Shown: piece by piece, positions 9,954 to 19,626 of the stretch
Layout of the letters: every line of letters begins with the position of its first letter
Position numbering within the stretch: the first letter of the stretch is position 1
Assembly (NCBI GenBank): GCA_964619725.1
Contig: CAZUFC010000026.1
Location: 1-64,000, forward strand
Length of the DNA stretch: 64,000 nucleotides
Direction of reading: 5' to 3'
DNA from: an uncultured bacterium
GTDB lineage: Bacteria > CSSED10-310 > CAZUFC01
The notes under the pieces: generated by a model
What the model was told of the DNA's origin: nothing
Seen by the model: the letters and a program-made list of their open reading frames with translations, nothing else
Database searches by the model: none
Translations under genes and position numbers: made by a program

Positions 9954-11687
9954 ATGACTCAGACTAAAACAAAGCTTTTTTTCGGAGAATTTCTGGTTGA
10001 AAAGAAAATCATCACAAAAGAAGACCTGGAAGCCTGTTTGAATCATCAGAAGAACACCAGGAAAAAGCTTGGTCAGATTATAGTGGAGAGCGGATTCGTT
10101 TCTTCCGCAGAGATGCTGGAAGTGCTGAGCGATTTTCTGGAAGTTCCGTTAATGCGGTTGAATGATCAGGAGTTCGATCCGCCGAGGAACGAGAGCCTGA
10201 CGCTTAAATTTTTAAAGCAGTACAAGGTATTTCCGGCGGAGTTGAACGGGGATGATCAGGTTCTGAAGCTGGTGATGGCAGACCCCAGGGATTATTACAC
10301 TATTGATACGATAAAGCTTCTGCTTGACTGCGACGTCGATGTTTATCTGGGCAATGAGAATGAAATCGTGCAGATGGTGGAAAATTATTACGGTTCCGGA
10401 GCCAGCACGCTGCAAACGATCATCGACGACATGACGGAGGAAGATTTAGAGATTTTGGCGATGGAAGAGGATGAGGATGTAGATCAATTGCGTGATATGG
10501 CATCGGAAGCTCCCGTCATCAAGCTGGTGAATTTGTTTATTTCGCAAGCCGTGGAAAAACGGGCAAGCGACATTCATATAGAGCCTTTTGAGGGGCAACT
10601 GAAGGTGCGATACCGGATTGACGGCGTTTTGCACGATGTGGAGTCTCCGCCTCGCCGTCTGCAGGCTGCCATCATATCCCGCGTAAAGATTATGGCCGGT
10701 TTGAACATCGCTGAAAGGCGACTGCCTCAGGACGGAAGGATACGGTTGCGCGTTCTGGGCAAGAAGTTGGACCTTCGCGTGTCATGCATTCCAACCATGC
10801 ATGGCGAGAGCGTGGTGATGAGAATACTGGACCAGAGCAGCATTTTAATGGATTTGAGGGAACTGGGATTCCAGGACAAAGATTTTTTCATGTTTGAACA
10901 GATCATTAAAAGGCCTCACGGAATAGTCCTGGTCACCGGACCGACCGGAAGCGGAAAAACTACAACGCTTTACGGCGCTTTGGACAAGATCAACAACGTG
11001 GAGAAGAAGATCATCACGGTCGAGGACCCTGTGGAATACCAGTTAAAAGGCGTCAATCAGATACAGGTCAATCCCAAAATAGGACTGACATTCGCTTACG
11101 GACTCCGGTCCATCGTAAGACAGGACCCTGACATCATAATGGTCGGTGAGATTCGAGACAGGGAAACCGGCGAAATAGCCATTCAATCCGCTCTAACCGG
11201 TCACCTGGTTTTTTCCACGCTTCATACGAATGATGCTCCCGGCGCCATCACAAGACTCGTCGACATGGGATTGGAAAATTATCTCGTGGCATCATGCCTG
11301 GAGTCGGTAATGGCTCAGAGGCTTGTTCGTATTATCTGTCCTCATTGCAAGAGGGAAGTAGATCCGGACGTCTCGCAATTACGGGATTGCAATTTCCTGG
11401 ATGAATGTGAAAACGGTTTGAAAGTATATGAAGGAGAAGGATGCAAAGAATGCGGCAACACGGGGTACCTGGGTCGTACGGGCATTTATGAGTTGCTGGT
11501 GGTTAATGATCCGATAAGGGAGTTGATTTTGCAGAAAGTCAGCGCCAATATCGTCAGAAAAGAAGCCCGCCGGCAGGGAATGAGGACTCTGCGTGAAGAC
11601 GGATGGTCTAAGGTGAAGAATGGCATCACCACCGTTGAAGAAGTCCTCAGGGTTACTCAGGATGAAGAAGTGGTATTGGAAAAGTAA
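9954..11687 (+). CDS. gspE: type II secretion ATPase GspE (N-terminal MshEN-like domain)
   Basis: GPTGSGKTT Walker A, RQDPDIIMVGEIRD, TGHLVFSTLHTN, CPHC...CKEC zinc motif. Confidence 0.93.
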   Translation: MTQTKTKLFFGEFLVEKKIITKEDLEACLNHQKNTRKKLGQIIVESGFVSSAEMLEVLSDFLEVPLMRLNDQEFDPPRNESLTLKFLKQYKVFPAELNGDDQVLKLVMADPRDYYTIDTIKLLLDCDVDVYLGNENEIVQMVENYYGSGASTLQTIIDDMTEEDLEILAMEEDEDVDQLRDMASEAPVIKLVNLFISQAVEKRASDIHIEPFEGQLKVRYRIDGVLHDVESPPRRLQAAIISRVKIMAGLNIAERRLPQDGRIRLRVLGKKLDLRVSCIPTMHGESVVMRILDQSSILMDLRELGFQDKDFFMFEQIIKRPHGIVLVTGPTGSGKTTTLYGALDKINNVEKKIITVEDPVEYQLKGVNQIQVNPKIGLTFAYGLRSIVRQDPDIIMVGEIRDRETGEIAIQSALTGHLVFSTLHTNDAPGAITRLVDMGLENYLVASCLESVMAQRLVRIICPHCKREVDPDVSQLRDCNFLDECENGLKVYEGEGCKECGNTGYLGRTGIYELLVVNDPIRELILQKVSANIVRKEARRQGMRTLREDGWSKVKNGITTVEEVLRVTQDEEVVLEK

Positions 11688-11696
11688 GGAATCGAA

Positions 11697-12920
11697 ATGC
11701 CTACATTTACTTACAAAGCGACAGACGTTAACGGAAAATTGATGGAAGGAACGATCGAGGGCAAGGATGAGAGATCGGTCATCTCCAGGTTGCAGGAACA
11801 ACAGTATTTTCCTTTGAAAGTTGAGCGCTCCGCTGAAAAGAAAGGGATTTCCCGCGAATTTTCCGTTAAATCCTTTCTGCAGCGGGTCAAACGTCAGGAC
11901 GTGGTTACATTCACCCAGCAGTTGGCGACGCTTACCGATGCCGGACTGCAACTGGATCGCAGCCTCATGATCCTGGCCGAGCTGAATGAAGGAAACAAGT
12001 TCCAGGGCATCATTCAAAGAATAAGAAAAAACGTGCAGGGAGGCAGCATGTTCGGGGATGCGTTGAGCAAGCATCCCAAGCTTTTCAACCGGTTATACAT
12101 CAATATGGTGAGATCGGGAGAAGCCGGCGGCGTTCTGGACGTCATATTGATAAGATTAGCCGGATTCCTGGAAACCGCTCAGCAGTTGCGGAACGATATA
12201 ATATCCGCGCTGATCTATCCTTTGTTGCTGATCATGGTCGGCGCTTCGGCCCTGGCCATACTCCTTACTTTCGTTATTCCCAAATTCGCTATGATTTTTG
12301 AAGAAATGGGAACGACCTTACCCTGGATGACCCAGCTCGTCATTACAGTCAGTGAAACGATAGCTGAATACTGGTATTTCGTGCTGGGCGGCATAGTATT
12401 TCTCTATCTGATTCTCAGAAGTTACAGAAAAACCGATAAAGGTCGATATAAGCTGGACGAACTGAAATTAAAAGTACCTCTTCTGGGTGACCTTTTTCAT
12501 AAGATTGAAATTGCCCGGTTCGCCAGAACATTAGGGACGCTGACCAGAAGCGGCGTTCCCATTCTCCAGGCGCTGGCCATCGTCAAGGATACTTTAACCA
12601 ACGACGTCATAGCCAAAGCGCTGCTGAAAGTTTACGGCGACATTAAAGAGGGAGAAGGAATTGCTGATCCTCTGGCTCAGACAAAAGTGTTCCCTCCCCT
12701 GGCCGTTCATATGATAAGAGTCGGCGAAGAGACCGGCCAATTGGAAAACATGCTGATAAAAGTTGCCGACAGTTATGAGAATGAAGTCAAGGTGACGACG
12801 AGCCGCATTATGTCCTTGCTTGAACCCGCGTTGATCCTTTTTATGGGATTGCTCATCGGTTTCGTGGTCATTTCAATGCTGTTGGCGATTTTCAGCATTT
12901 CTACGGACGTAGGAATGTAA
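11697..12920 (+). CDS. gspF: type II secretion inner membrane platform GspF
   Basis: QQLATL, GEAGGVL, ALIYP, FARTLGTL..SGVPIL, GEETGQL, LLEP. Confidence 0.93.
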   Translation: MPTFTYKATDVNGKLMEGTIEGKDERSVISRLQEQQYFPLKVERSAEKKGISREFSVKSFLQRVKRQDVVTFTQQLATLTDAGLQLDRSLMILAELNEGNKFQGIIQRIRKNVQGGSMFGDALSKHPKLFNRLYINMVRSGEAGGVLDVILIRLAGFLETAQQLRNDIISALIYPLLLIMVGASALAILLTFVIPKFAMIFEEMGTTLPWMTQLVITVSETIAEYWYFVLGGIVFLYLILRSYRKTDKGRYKLDELKLKVPLLGDLFHKIEIARFARTLGTLTRSGVPILQALAIVKDTLTNDVIAKALLKVYGDIKEGEGIADPLAQTKVFPPLAVHMIRVGEETGQLENMLIKVADSYENEVKVTTSRIMSLLEPALILFMGLLIGFVVISMLLAIFSISTDVGM

Positions 12921-12938
12921 AAGGAGGTAAATTGGATT

Positions 12939-13340
12939 ATGCGTTTTTTTGAGGTCATTTTTAAACGGCGTCAGTCGGGTGAAAGCGGTTTTACCCTGGT
13001 GGAAATCATGGTCGTCGTGATTATTATAGGATTGCTGGCGACCGTCGTCGGTCCCAGAATATTTCGACAATTGGGGAAAGCTCAGGAAAAAGTCGCACGT
13101 CAGCAGATTAAAGACCTCGAAGTTGCCTGCGACCTCTATCGACTGGACGTCGGACAATATCCGTCAAGCCTCGATCAGTTGATCAACGGCAGCTCTCCAA
13201 ACTGGGACGGACCCTATCTCAAAAAAGATGAAATACCTGTCGATCCCTGGGGCAATCCCTATCAATACCGGGTCGTCGACGGAGGTGAGATGGTGGAGAT
13301 ATCTTCCACCGGCGGAGGAAAAGAAACCATTACCAATTAA
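12939..13340 (+). CDS. gspG: major pseudopilin GspG
   Basis: G|FTLVEIMVVVIIIGLL prepilin site; YRLDVGQYP, WDGPYL, DPWGNPYQY. Confidence 0.93.
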   Translation: MRFFEVIFKRRQSGESGFTLVEIMVVVIIIGLLATVVGPRIFRQLGKAQEKVARQQIKDLEVACDLYRLDVGQYPSSLDQLINGSSPNWDGPYLKKDEIPVDPWGNPYQYRVVDGGEMVEISSTGGGKETITN

Positions 13341-13546
13341 ATCCTGTCTGCGAAGCGTGTGAATCTTCAAAACGCAATGTCGCACGGGATTTTACGGATT
13401 CTAATGCGTGAATGAGTTATCCGGAAATTAAACAATCAGCCGGCGACCTGAAAGTCGCATCCCGGTAAGATGCTTTATGCCTGTCCGGGTTCGATCCTGT
13501 CGCTGTGCCGGCCCAAGGGAATGAAGCTGAGCCGTTCATCAACGAA

Positions 13547-14122
13547 ATGAATAAAAACGATAAAAAGAATGTTAAAGGCTATACCCTGGTGGAGATTCTG
13601 GTCGTTATGGCCATTATCGCTTTAGCGGTCTCGCTGATAGGACCCGCCATATCCAGGGGCATGAGAGGCACGCAGGTCAAAGCGGTGGTCAGACATACGG
13701 CATCCGCCTTGCGTTATGCCAGGAGCATGGCCATCACTTACCGCGCCGTCATCGAGGTAGCTTTTAATATGGAAGAATCGCAATACACGGTCAGAGTCCT
13801 TCACCGCGCGGAGAGACCTTCGTTTGACGGCGCCTTGAATCAGGACCCGGCAGAAGAGGAGCCGGCGTATGAGGAAAGTTACCAAGGCGAAGAAAGCGGC
13901 GCGCCTTCCGGAGAAATATATGAAATAGAGGACCCCGTGGTGCTGCTGGGACTCTCGTTCGGCGATTCGAGGATGATCGATTACGGAGAAGCCTCCATCA
14001 TTTTTTTCCCCAAGGGAAATTCGACCGGCGGAACTATCTACATCGGAAAAAGCGAAACTTCCTATTACGCGCTCAGTGTGAATCCGATTACCGGCCTGGT
14101 TGAAGTGGAGGCATCTGAATGA
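13547..14122 (+). CDS. gspH: minor pseudopilin GspH-like (start probably ATG 13547)
   Basis: G|YTLVEILVVMAII; IFFPKGNSTGGTI...VNPITG. Confidence 0.75.
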   Translation: MNKNDKKNVKGYTLVEILVVMAIIALAVSLIGPAISRGMRGTQVKAVVRHTASALRYARSMAITYRAVIEVAFNMEESQYTVRVLHRAERPSFDGALNQDPAEEEPAYEESYQGEESGAPSGEIYEIEDPVVLLGLSFGDSRMIDYGEASIIFFPKGNSTGGTIYIGKSETSYYALSVNPITGLVEVEASE

Positions 14123-14256
14123 GTATGACAGGGAAAAATAAAGATGCTTTATGCAAAGCGCTGAGTTCCTCAACGCAATTCTGCGCTGAAAATAGGACTG
14201 ATCCCTTCTCCGCGAGAAATTCAGCCTTGAATATTGACTTCGCTGATTGGTGAAAC

Positions 14257-14718
14257 ATGTCGTCGATATTTTTCAGATCAAAAAGACAAAGAGGATTTAC
14301 GTTGCTGGAAGTCATTGTGGCGATGGCTATCCTGGGAATTTCGCTGGGCGTCATTATGGATATATTTTCCAACGGCATACGGGGCGCTTTCAAATCCAGA
14401 CGCCATAATCAGGCGGTATTCCTGGCCCAGGGCAAGATGGAAGAGCTCCTCATCAAAAAGGACCTGGAAGAGGGAACGGAAGAAGGCGATTTTGAAGGCA
14501 TGGAAAACTATAGGTGGCAAACCTCGGTGGAAGAGGTGGAGTTGTTTGAAGACGAATGCCAGCCTGTACCGGAAGATGTTGCGGAGAATATGGATTTTTT
14601 CAAGGTGTACGCCCTGACGGTCAGGGTTTCCTGGGGGCAGGACGAAGCCGACAGTTATAAACTGCAAACCGTTAAGTTATTCAAAAATAGGGAAGAGGAG
14701 CAGCTCATTGGTCTATAG
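14257..14718 (+). CDS. gspI: minor pseudopilin GspI-like
   Basis: G|FTLLEVIVAMAIL; YRWQ...VRVSW; position in cluster. Confidence 0.75.
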   Translation: MSSIFFRSKRQRGFTLLEVIVAMAILGISLGVIMDIFSNGIRGAFKSRRHNQAVFLAQGKMEELLIKKDLEEGTEEGDFEGMENYRWQTSVEEVELFEDECQPVPEDVAENMDFFKVYALTVRVSWGQDEADSYKLQTVKLFKNREEEQLIGL

Positions 14719-15547
14719 CGCTTTGAAAAAGTTCGCTCCCGGACGAAAACGAGAGACTGCCGGAATAGCCGGTTTCACGCTTCTGGAAGTGATGCTTGCC
14801 GTAACGATTATGGCGCTGATGTCGGTAATAATCGTCAGCGGACTGCAGATGGCCATCAAAGCCTGGGAAACTGGCGACAGAGAAATTGAATCGCAGCAGA
14901 GGATCAGGATTCTCCTGGACAGGCTCTTCGAAGAACTTAAGTCAGCCTATAGAATGAGAATCAAGGTCGAAGAAGAATTCAGACGCCGCTATAAACTTGG
15001 ATTCATAGGCACTGCAGATCGTCTTGATTTCATTTCTACGGCAGACTCCCTCACCTCACATTTCCTCTCAACAGGATTGAAAAAAGTATCGCTTTATGTG
15101 AACAGTCTCGATGCCGACCTCAGGGGGCTGGTCCTCGAAGAATCATTCATAGACGGAACGGACTCGTTTTTCGATCCCGACACCGAGATTCCTTCCGTCG
15201 CTTATGAAGTGGCTCCGGACGTTACGGACATAAAACTTCGTTACTTCGTCTATCCGCCTTTACGCATCAAAAATATCGAAGGTTACGAGGAAGGCGAATG
15301 GATGGACTGGTGGGGCGGCGGTCTTGAAGAAGAGGAGGAGGCTGCCGAGGCTGAAGAAGAAGCCCCGGAAGAGGAAGGAGAACAGGATGACTGGGATACC
15401 TTCTTCGACAGGCATTCAAATCTTAATCTGCCTCATGGAATTGAAATTACCATCACTATGATCGATCCCAGGGACGAAAATAATACGATTACTTATCCTC
15501 CGGTCTACTTCAGCATGCCGGACAGCGTTGCTGAAGCCATGAAATAA
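14708..15547 (+). CDS. gspJ: minor pseudopilin GspJ-like
   Basis: G|FTLLEVMLAVTIM; C-terminal W..W...LP.GIEITI. Confidence 0.75.
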   Translation: MVYSALKKFAPGRKRETAGIAGFTLLEVMLAVTIMALMSVIIVSGLQMAIKAWETGDREIESQQRIRILLDRLFEELKSAYRMRIKVEEEFRRRYKLGFIGTADRLDFISTADSLTSHFLSTGLKKVSLYVNSLDADLRGLVLEESFIDGTDSFFDPDTEIPSVAYEVAPDVTDIKLRYFVYPPLRIKNIEGYEEGEWMDWWGGGLEEEEEAAEAEEEAPEEEGEQDDWDTFFDRHSNLNLPHGIEITITMIDPRDENNTITYPPVYFSMPDSVAEAMK

Positions 15548-15557
15548 GGAAAAAAAC

Positions 15558-16760
15558 TTGCGCAACATATCTCGTATAATAATTGCAGCGATTAAAAAAG
15601 CGCCTTTTAAAAATCAGAAAGGCGTCGCGCTTATCCTTACCGTCTGGTCCCTGGCGCTCCTGATGATAATGGCTTCCCAGTTCGCTTTCTCCATGCGCAC
15701 GGAAGTCAAAATTACGGCTAATTATAAACAGGAAGTTCAGTGTTATTATATCGCTTACGCCGGCATACAGGCCGCTTTGGCAGAAATGATAAAACCTTAC
15801 ACCAAAAACGCATTGAACGGCGATAAACTGGTTTTTATCCGCCCTTATTCTGACTATGAAACGAACCGGAATGAGGGTAGAGAAGAGGAAGAAGGACTGC
15901 CCTGCACTCCCCAACGCGAAAATGTTCCGCTGGGTCCGGGTTTCTTCAGCTATTATATCACTGATGAAGACGGTAAATTTAACGTCAATTCTTTAATTTC
16001 CCGCAGAAGCAATCGAAACGAAAGCAGTATAGAAAAATTCAGGGAACTGCTGGTCGCTTCCGGTGTCGAGGACGGGATAGAAGCCGACACTATCATAGAT
16101 TCGATTGCGGACTGGATGGACGATGACGATATGCACCACGCCAACGGCGCGGAACAGGATTGGTACGATAAAAACTATGAAGAAAAAGGCTTCGGTTTCC
16201 CCTACAAATGCAAAAACGGTAAACTGGATACTCTCGAAGAATTGATTCTCATCAGGGGGATAACGCCTGAGATACTGTACGGATCGGAGAGAGCTTCCAA
16301 CATGTTTTTGACGGGAGGCCCAAAGAACGATACGGGTTATGATGATGACGAAGCCGGCTTCACCGGCATTATTCAATATCTCACGGTTTACTCCTTTAAA
16401 CGCAATTACAAATCCATCAATAAGGATACGGCATCCCTGTTTTTGCTCAATGTCCTTTTCCCTGAAGAATTCGAGGACATCGCCGAATCGCGGGAATCTC
16501 AGGCGGAAGGCGAGGACGTTTCCGGACGGGGAAGACGCTCCAGGACATTCACAATCCAATCGACCGGATGGCTGAAAAATTCGCCGGTAAGCCGGACCAT
16601 TAAAGCCGTGGTCGATAATTTCGGGTCGTCCCGGGTTTCGTCGAGCCGTAACGGGAGAATCAGGGTCAGGTTCTGGAAAGACAACGCTGAATTTCTGGAA
16701 CCGGGAGAAACGTTGACTTTGGATTATTTTAAAGATACTAAAATATTTTCTTACGATTAG
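15558..16760 (+). CDS. gspK: minor pseudopilin GspK
   Basis: G|VALILTVW (no E5), DEDGKFNVN, IADWMDDDD, GAE, EELILIRGIT. Confidence 0.85.
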   Translation: MRNISRIIIAAIKKAPFKNQKGVALILTVWSLALLMIMASQFAFSMRTEVKITANYKQEVQCYYIAYAGIQAALAEMIKPYTKNALNGDKLVFIRPYSDYETNRNEGREEEEGLPCTPQRENVPLGPGFFSYYITDEDGKFNVNSLISRRSNRNESSIEKFRELLVASGVEDGIEADTIIDSIADWMDDDDMHHANGAEQDWYDKNYEEKGFGFPYKCKNGKLDTLEELILIRGITPEILYGSERASNMFLTGGPKNDTGYDDDEAGFTGIIQYLTVYSFKRNYKSINKDTASLFLLNVLFPEEFEDIAESRESQAEGEDVSGRGRRSRTFTIQSTGWLKNSPVSRTIKAVVDNFGSSRVSSSRNGRIRVRFWKDNAEFLEPGETLTLDYFKDTKIFSYD

Positions 16761-16812
16761 TGAGGAAAAGGGGACGGAAATTTTCAATTTTACAGGTTGA
16801 GGAAAGAGTATA

Positions 16813-18795
16813 ATGAGAATCGCCAAAGACTATTTGGGAGTTGAATTCACGGAAAAAGGCATTCAGATCGCTTGCATATCCAAAGGGATCAGTCAGGTGC
16901 GAATGAAGGCTTCTCGTTTTATACCGCTTAAGGCCAGGGGCTCTTTTTATGAAGAGAGCGAATCCGCTATTGCGGCTGAAATCAGAAGTTTTATGATCGA
17001 CAATGATATTGAGCCGACTGAGATTCATATTGGACTGCCGAGAAAAAGGGTTTTGTTTCAGGAGGTGGAAGTTCCGGTCGTCAGCGAAAGCGAAATACGG
17101 CAGATTATGACCTATGAATTGGAGAAACATATTCCCTTGAGCATCGATTCTGTTTATTTCGATGTCGTCAGTTTCGGAGAAACGACGGGAACAATGCTCC
17201 GGGTGCTTCTGATCGCAGTGCAGAAAAGAGTGCTTGACAGGTTTTTAAGAGTATTCGAAGAAGCCGAATTGACGGTGCATTCCGTCGACGTCTCCTCGGT
17301 CGCCGCAGTCAATTCCTACCTGGCTGCTGCAGGAGCCAAATCGGCAGAAGTGAAATGCTTCGTCAACATCAAATCAACCGATATCGTCTTAACCCTCTTT
17401 CAGGGTAACAAAATCTTGTTTTCCCGCTCTTTTCCCGTTCCCAGAAGAACATCTTCACCCGCCGCATTGGACGATAAAAGCGTCGATGCCGAACATCGAA
17501 GGGAAATTATACATCAAATCGTGCGTGAATTGGACGTCGTTTCAGAAAACCTCCGGCTTAAATCGGAAAACAATCCCATCTCTGAAATTATCCTTTGCGG
17601 GATCGGGATTAAAGGCCCCCAATGGGCCGGCGAAATGCTTGAATTCTCGCGTATTCCCGCTTCATTCCACAACCCACTCGAAAACATTAAATCCGATGTG
17701 GACCTGTTTGAAAGCTTCAAACTGGTTTCCGCCTTCGGTCTCGCCCAGAAGAGCCTCATGCGCGACTTTATTCCCGTTAATCTGATACCTCCTGAAAGAA
17801 GACCGAAAGTTAAAGACCAGGGGCTCGTCATTACCGGCGCTCTGCTCGGAATAATTACTGCCCTGTTCACCTTTCTTATTGTCGTATGGTTCTACAGACT
17901 CAATATAGACATCAGAGAAGTCCAGTACCGCAATGATAAAATAAAAGGCGACGTCACCGAAATCTTGAGAATTACCGAAGAATACAAGAGTATGAAAGAA
18001 CAGATGGACGTCTTTAAGAAAATGGAATTTGAAACTCCCAAAAGATTGGAAGTACTGGGCGAACTCACCAGAATTCTGCCCGTCAGCGAGGAGGATGAAA
18101 CCAAACGAGTGTGGCTCACCGCATTGAACATCGATACTGATGAAGTTGTGTTGAGAGGCGAATCCGAATCGCCGGAGGGACTGATTAAAATTCTTGAAGA
18201 TTCGGACCTTTTTGAACAGGTGCAATTCGACAGCCCCATTTCCCGGAATAAATTTGCGATTAAAGTCGTCGTATCACAGAAAATTATGAAGGAAGAAGAG
18301 CTGCCGGAAGAATTCTTCCAGTCTGAAGAAGAGGCTCAACAAAAACAGCAATCAACCGCTCAAGAAGACGTTTCTCCTCCCACTCCTACTCCTGTCGCTG
18401 AAGAACTGCCTGATGAAAGAGAAGAATTGCCCAGAAACAGGGGACCGGCCTACAAGCTTCCCACAAAACCTCCTCAATTGCCGGAAGAAGAGTTTGAAGA
18501 GGAACCGATGGATGAAGAAATGCTGCCGGATGAACAGTTCGACGAAGAGTTGCCGGATGAGCAGCCGATGGAAATGAATGAGGAAATGGAGGCTTTTGTT
18601 GATGATTACTTATCGGAAGAGGAGGATATGGAGGCGGCTAAACAAAAACTGTTTGACATTTTACAGGGAGACCAAGATAATCAGTTTTTCGACGGCGATT
18701 TGCCGCCGGAAGCCGAAGATTTTATCGAATTCCTTCAGAATCAGGCTGAGGAAGAGGACATTCCTTTTGAAGAAAATATGGACGAAGGATATTGA
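16813..18795 (+). CDS. GspL / PilM-PilN-like fused assembly protein with long acidic C-terminal tail
   Basis: actin-like N-terminal domain (ELEKHIPL..VYFD), VNLIPP motif, TM helix, PilN-like periplasmic domain (VWLTAL..LEDSDLFEQV). Confidence 0.75.
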   Translation: MRIAKDYLGVEFTEKGIQIACISKGISQVRMKASRFIPLKARGSFYEESESAIAAEIRSFMIDNDIEPTEIHIGLPRKRVLFQEVEVPVVSESEIRQIMTYELEKHIPLSIDSVYFDVVSFGETTGTMLRVLLIAVQKRVLDRFLRVFEEAELTVHSVDVSSVAAVNSYLAAAGAKSAEVKCFVNIKSTDIVLTLFQGNKILFSRSFPVPRRTSSPAALDDKSVDAEHRREIIHQIVRELDVVSENLRLKSENNPISEIILCGIGIKGPQWAGEMLEFSRIPASFHNPLENIKSDVDLFESFKLVSAFGLAQKSLMRDFIPVNLIPPERRPKVKDQGLVITGALLGIITALFTFLIVVWFYRLNIDIREVQYRNDKIKGDVTEILRITEEYKSMKEQMDVFKKMEFETPKRLEVLGELTRILPVSEEDETKRVWLTALNIDTDEVVLRGESESPEGLIKILEDSDLFEQVQFDSPISRNKFAIKVVVSQKIMKEEELPEEFFQSEEEAQQKQQSTAQEDVSPPTPTPVAEELPDEREELPRNRGPAYKLPTKPPQLPEEEFEEEPMDEEMLPDEQFDEELPDEQPMEMNEEMEAFVDDYLSEEEDMEAAKQKLFDILQGDQDNQFFDGDLPPEAEDFIEFLQNQAEEEDIPFEENMDEGY

Positions 18796-18856
18796 GAATA
18801 AAGAAGCGCTTTGTGGGCAGAAGCTGTAAAAAAAGCGGAAAGGTTTTACAGGTCCG

Positions 18857-19459
18857 ATGTTTGAGAATATAAGAAAAAGGTTTGCTCAGTTTTCAATCAG
18901 GGAAAGAAGAATCATTATCGCCGGGATCGTCATTATCGTTGGATATTTAGCCTATGTCGCCGTTTTTGAACCGCTTTACCGGATGTACCAGCTTGATAAG
19001 GATAAGTTGGACCAGGAAATGCGGTTATTTGAAAAAAACCTGACCATTCTCAGAAAAAGAGAACAATCCCAGTATAAATTGCGACAGGTTGAACGGATGC
19101 GGCGAATGGTGGAATCAGGATTGCTCTCCGGCGAAAGCGCTGAACTGGCTTCGGCCAATCTTCAGGCCATCATCAAAAATTACGCCAGAGAAATCGGCAT
19201 CGATATAGATCGCGTCAGTCCCAGTCCCCCCAAGGTCAGAAACGGGTATAAGGAAATCCGTATCAAATTGCCCTTCAGATGCGATGTTGAAAAATTGAAG
19301 AATTTCCTTTTTATGATTGAAAATTCCGAACGTTTTCTGTTCGTGCCGACATTAGACGTCAGCGTTCCAAATCCGCGAAATCCGAAAACGCTTCGCGTCA
19401 ACCTGGAAGTCGCCGGTTTCATCCAGCAGGAAGAGGAAGAAACCGCGAGCGACACCTAG
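18857..19459 (+). CDS. gspM: GspM / PilO-like protein
   Basis: SIRERRII followed by TM helix, coiled coil, LKNFLFMIE ferredoxin-like domain. Confidence 0.75.
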   Translation: MFENIRKRFAQFSIRERRIIIAGIVIIVGYLAYVAVFEPLYRMYQLDKDKLDQEMRLFEKNLTILRKREQSQYKLRQVERMRRMVESGLLSGESAELASANLQAIIKNYAREIGIDIDRVSPSPPKVRNGYKEIRIKLPFRCDVEKLKNFLFMIENSERFLFVPTLDVSVPNPRNPKTLRVNLEVAGFIQQEEEETASDT

Positions 19460-19626
19460 AAAAAATAATCTACAAAATGAATACGAAAAGAAAGAACGAG
19501 ACCAAACGCAAACAAATCAGTCAATGGAAAAAAAGATTTTGCGATGTTGATCTCCACAATTATAAAATAATTAAAACTTTGAAACTCCTCGAAAACATTA
19601 TTCCAGGCAGTTAGAGGGAGGCTTTA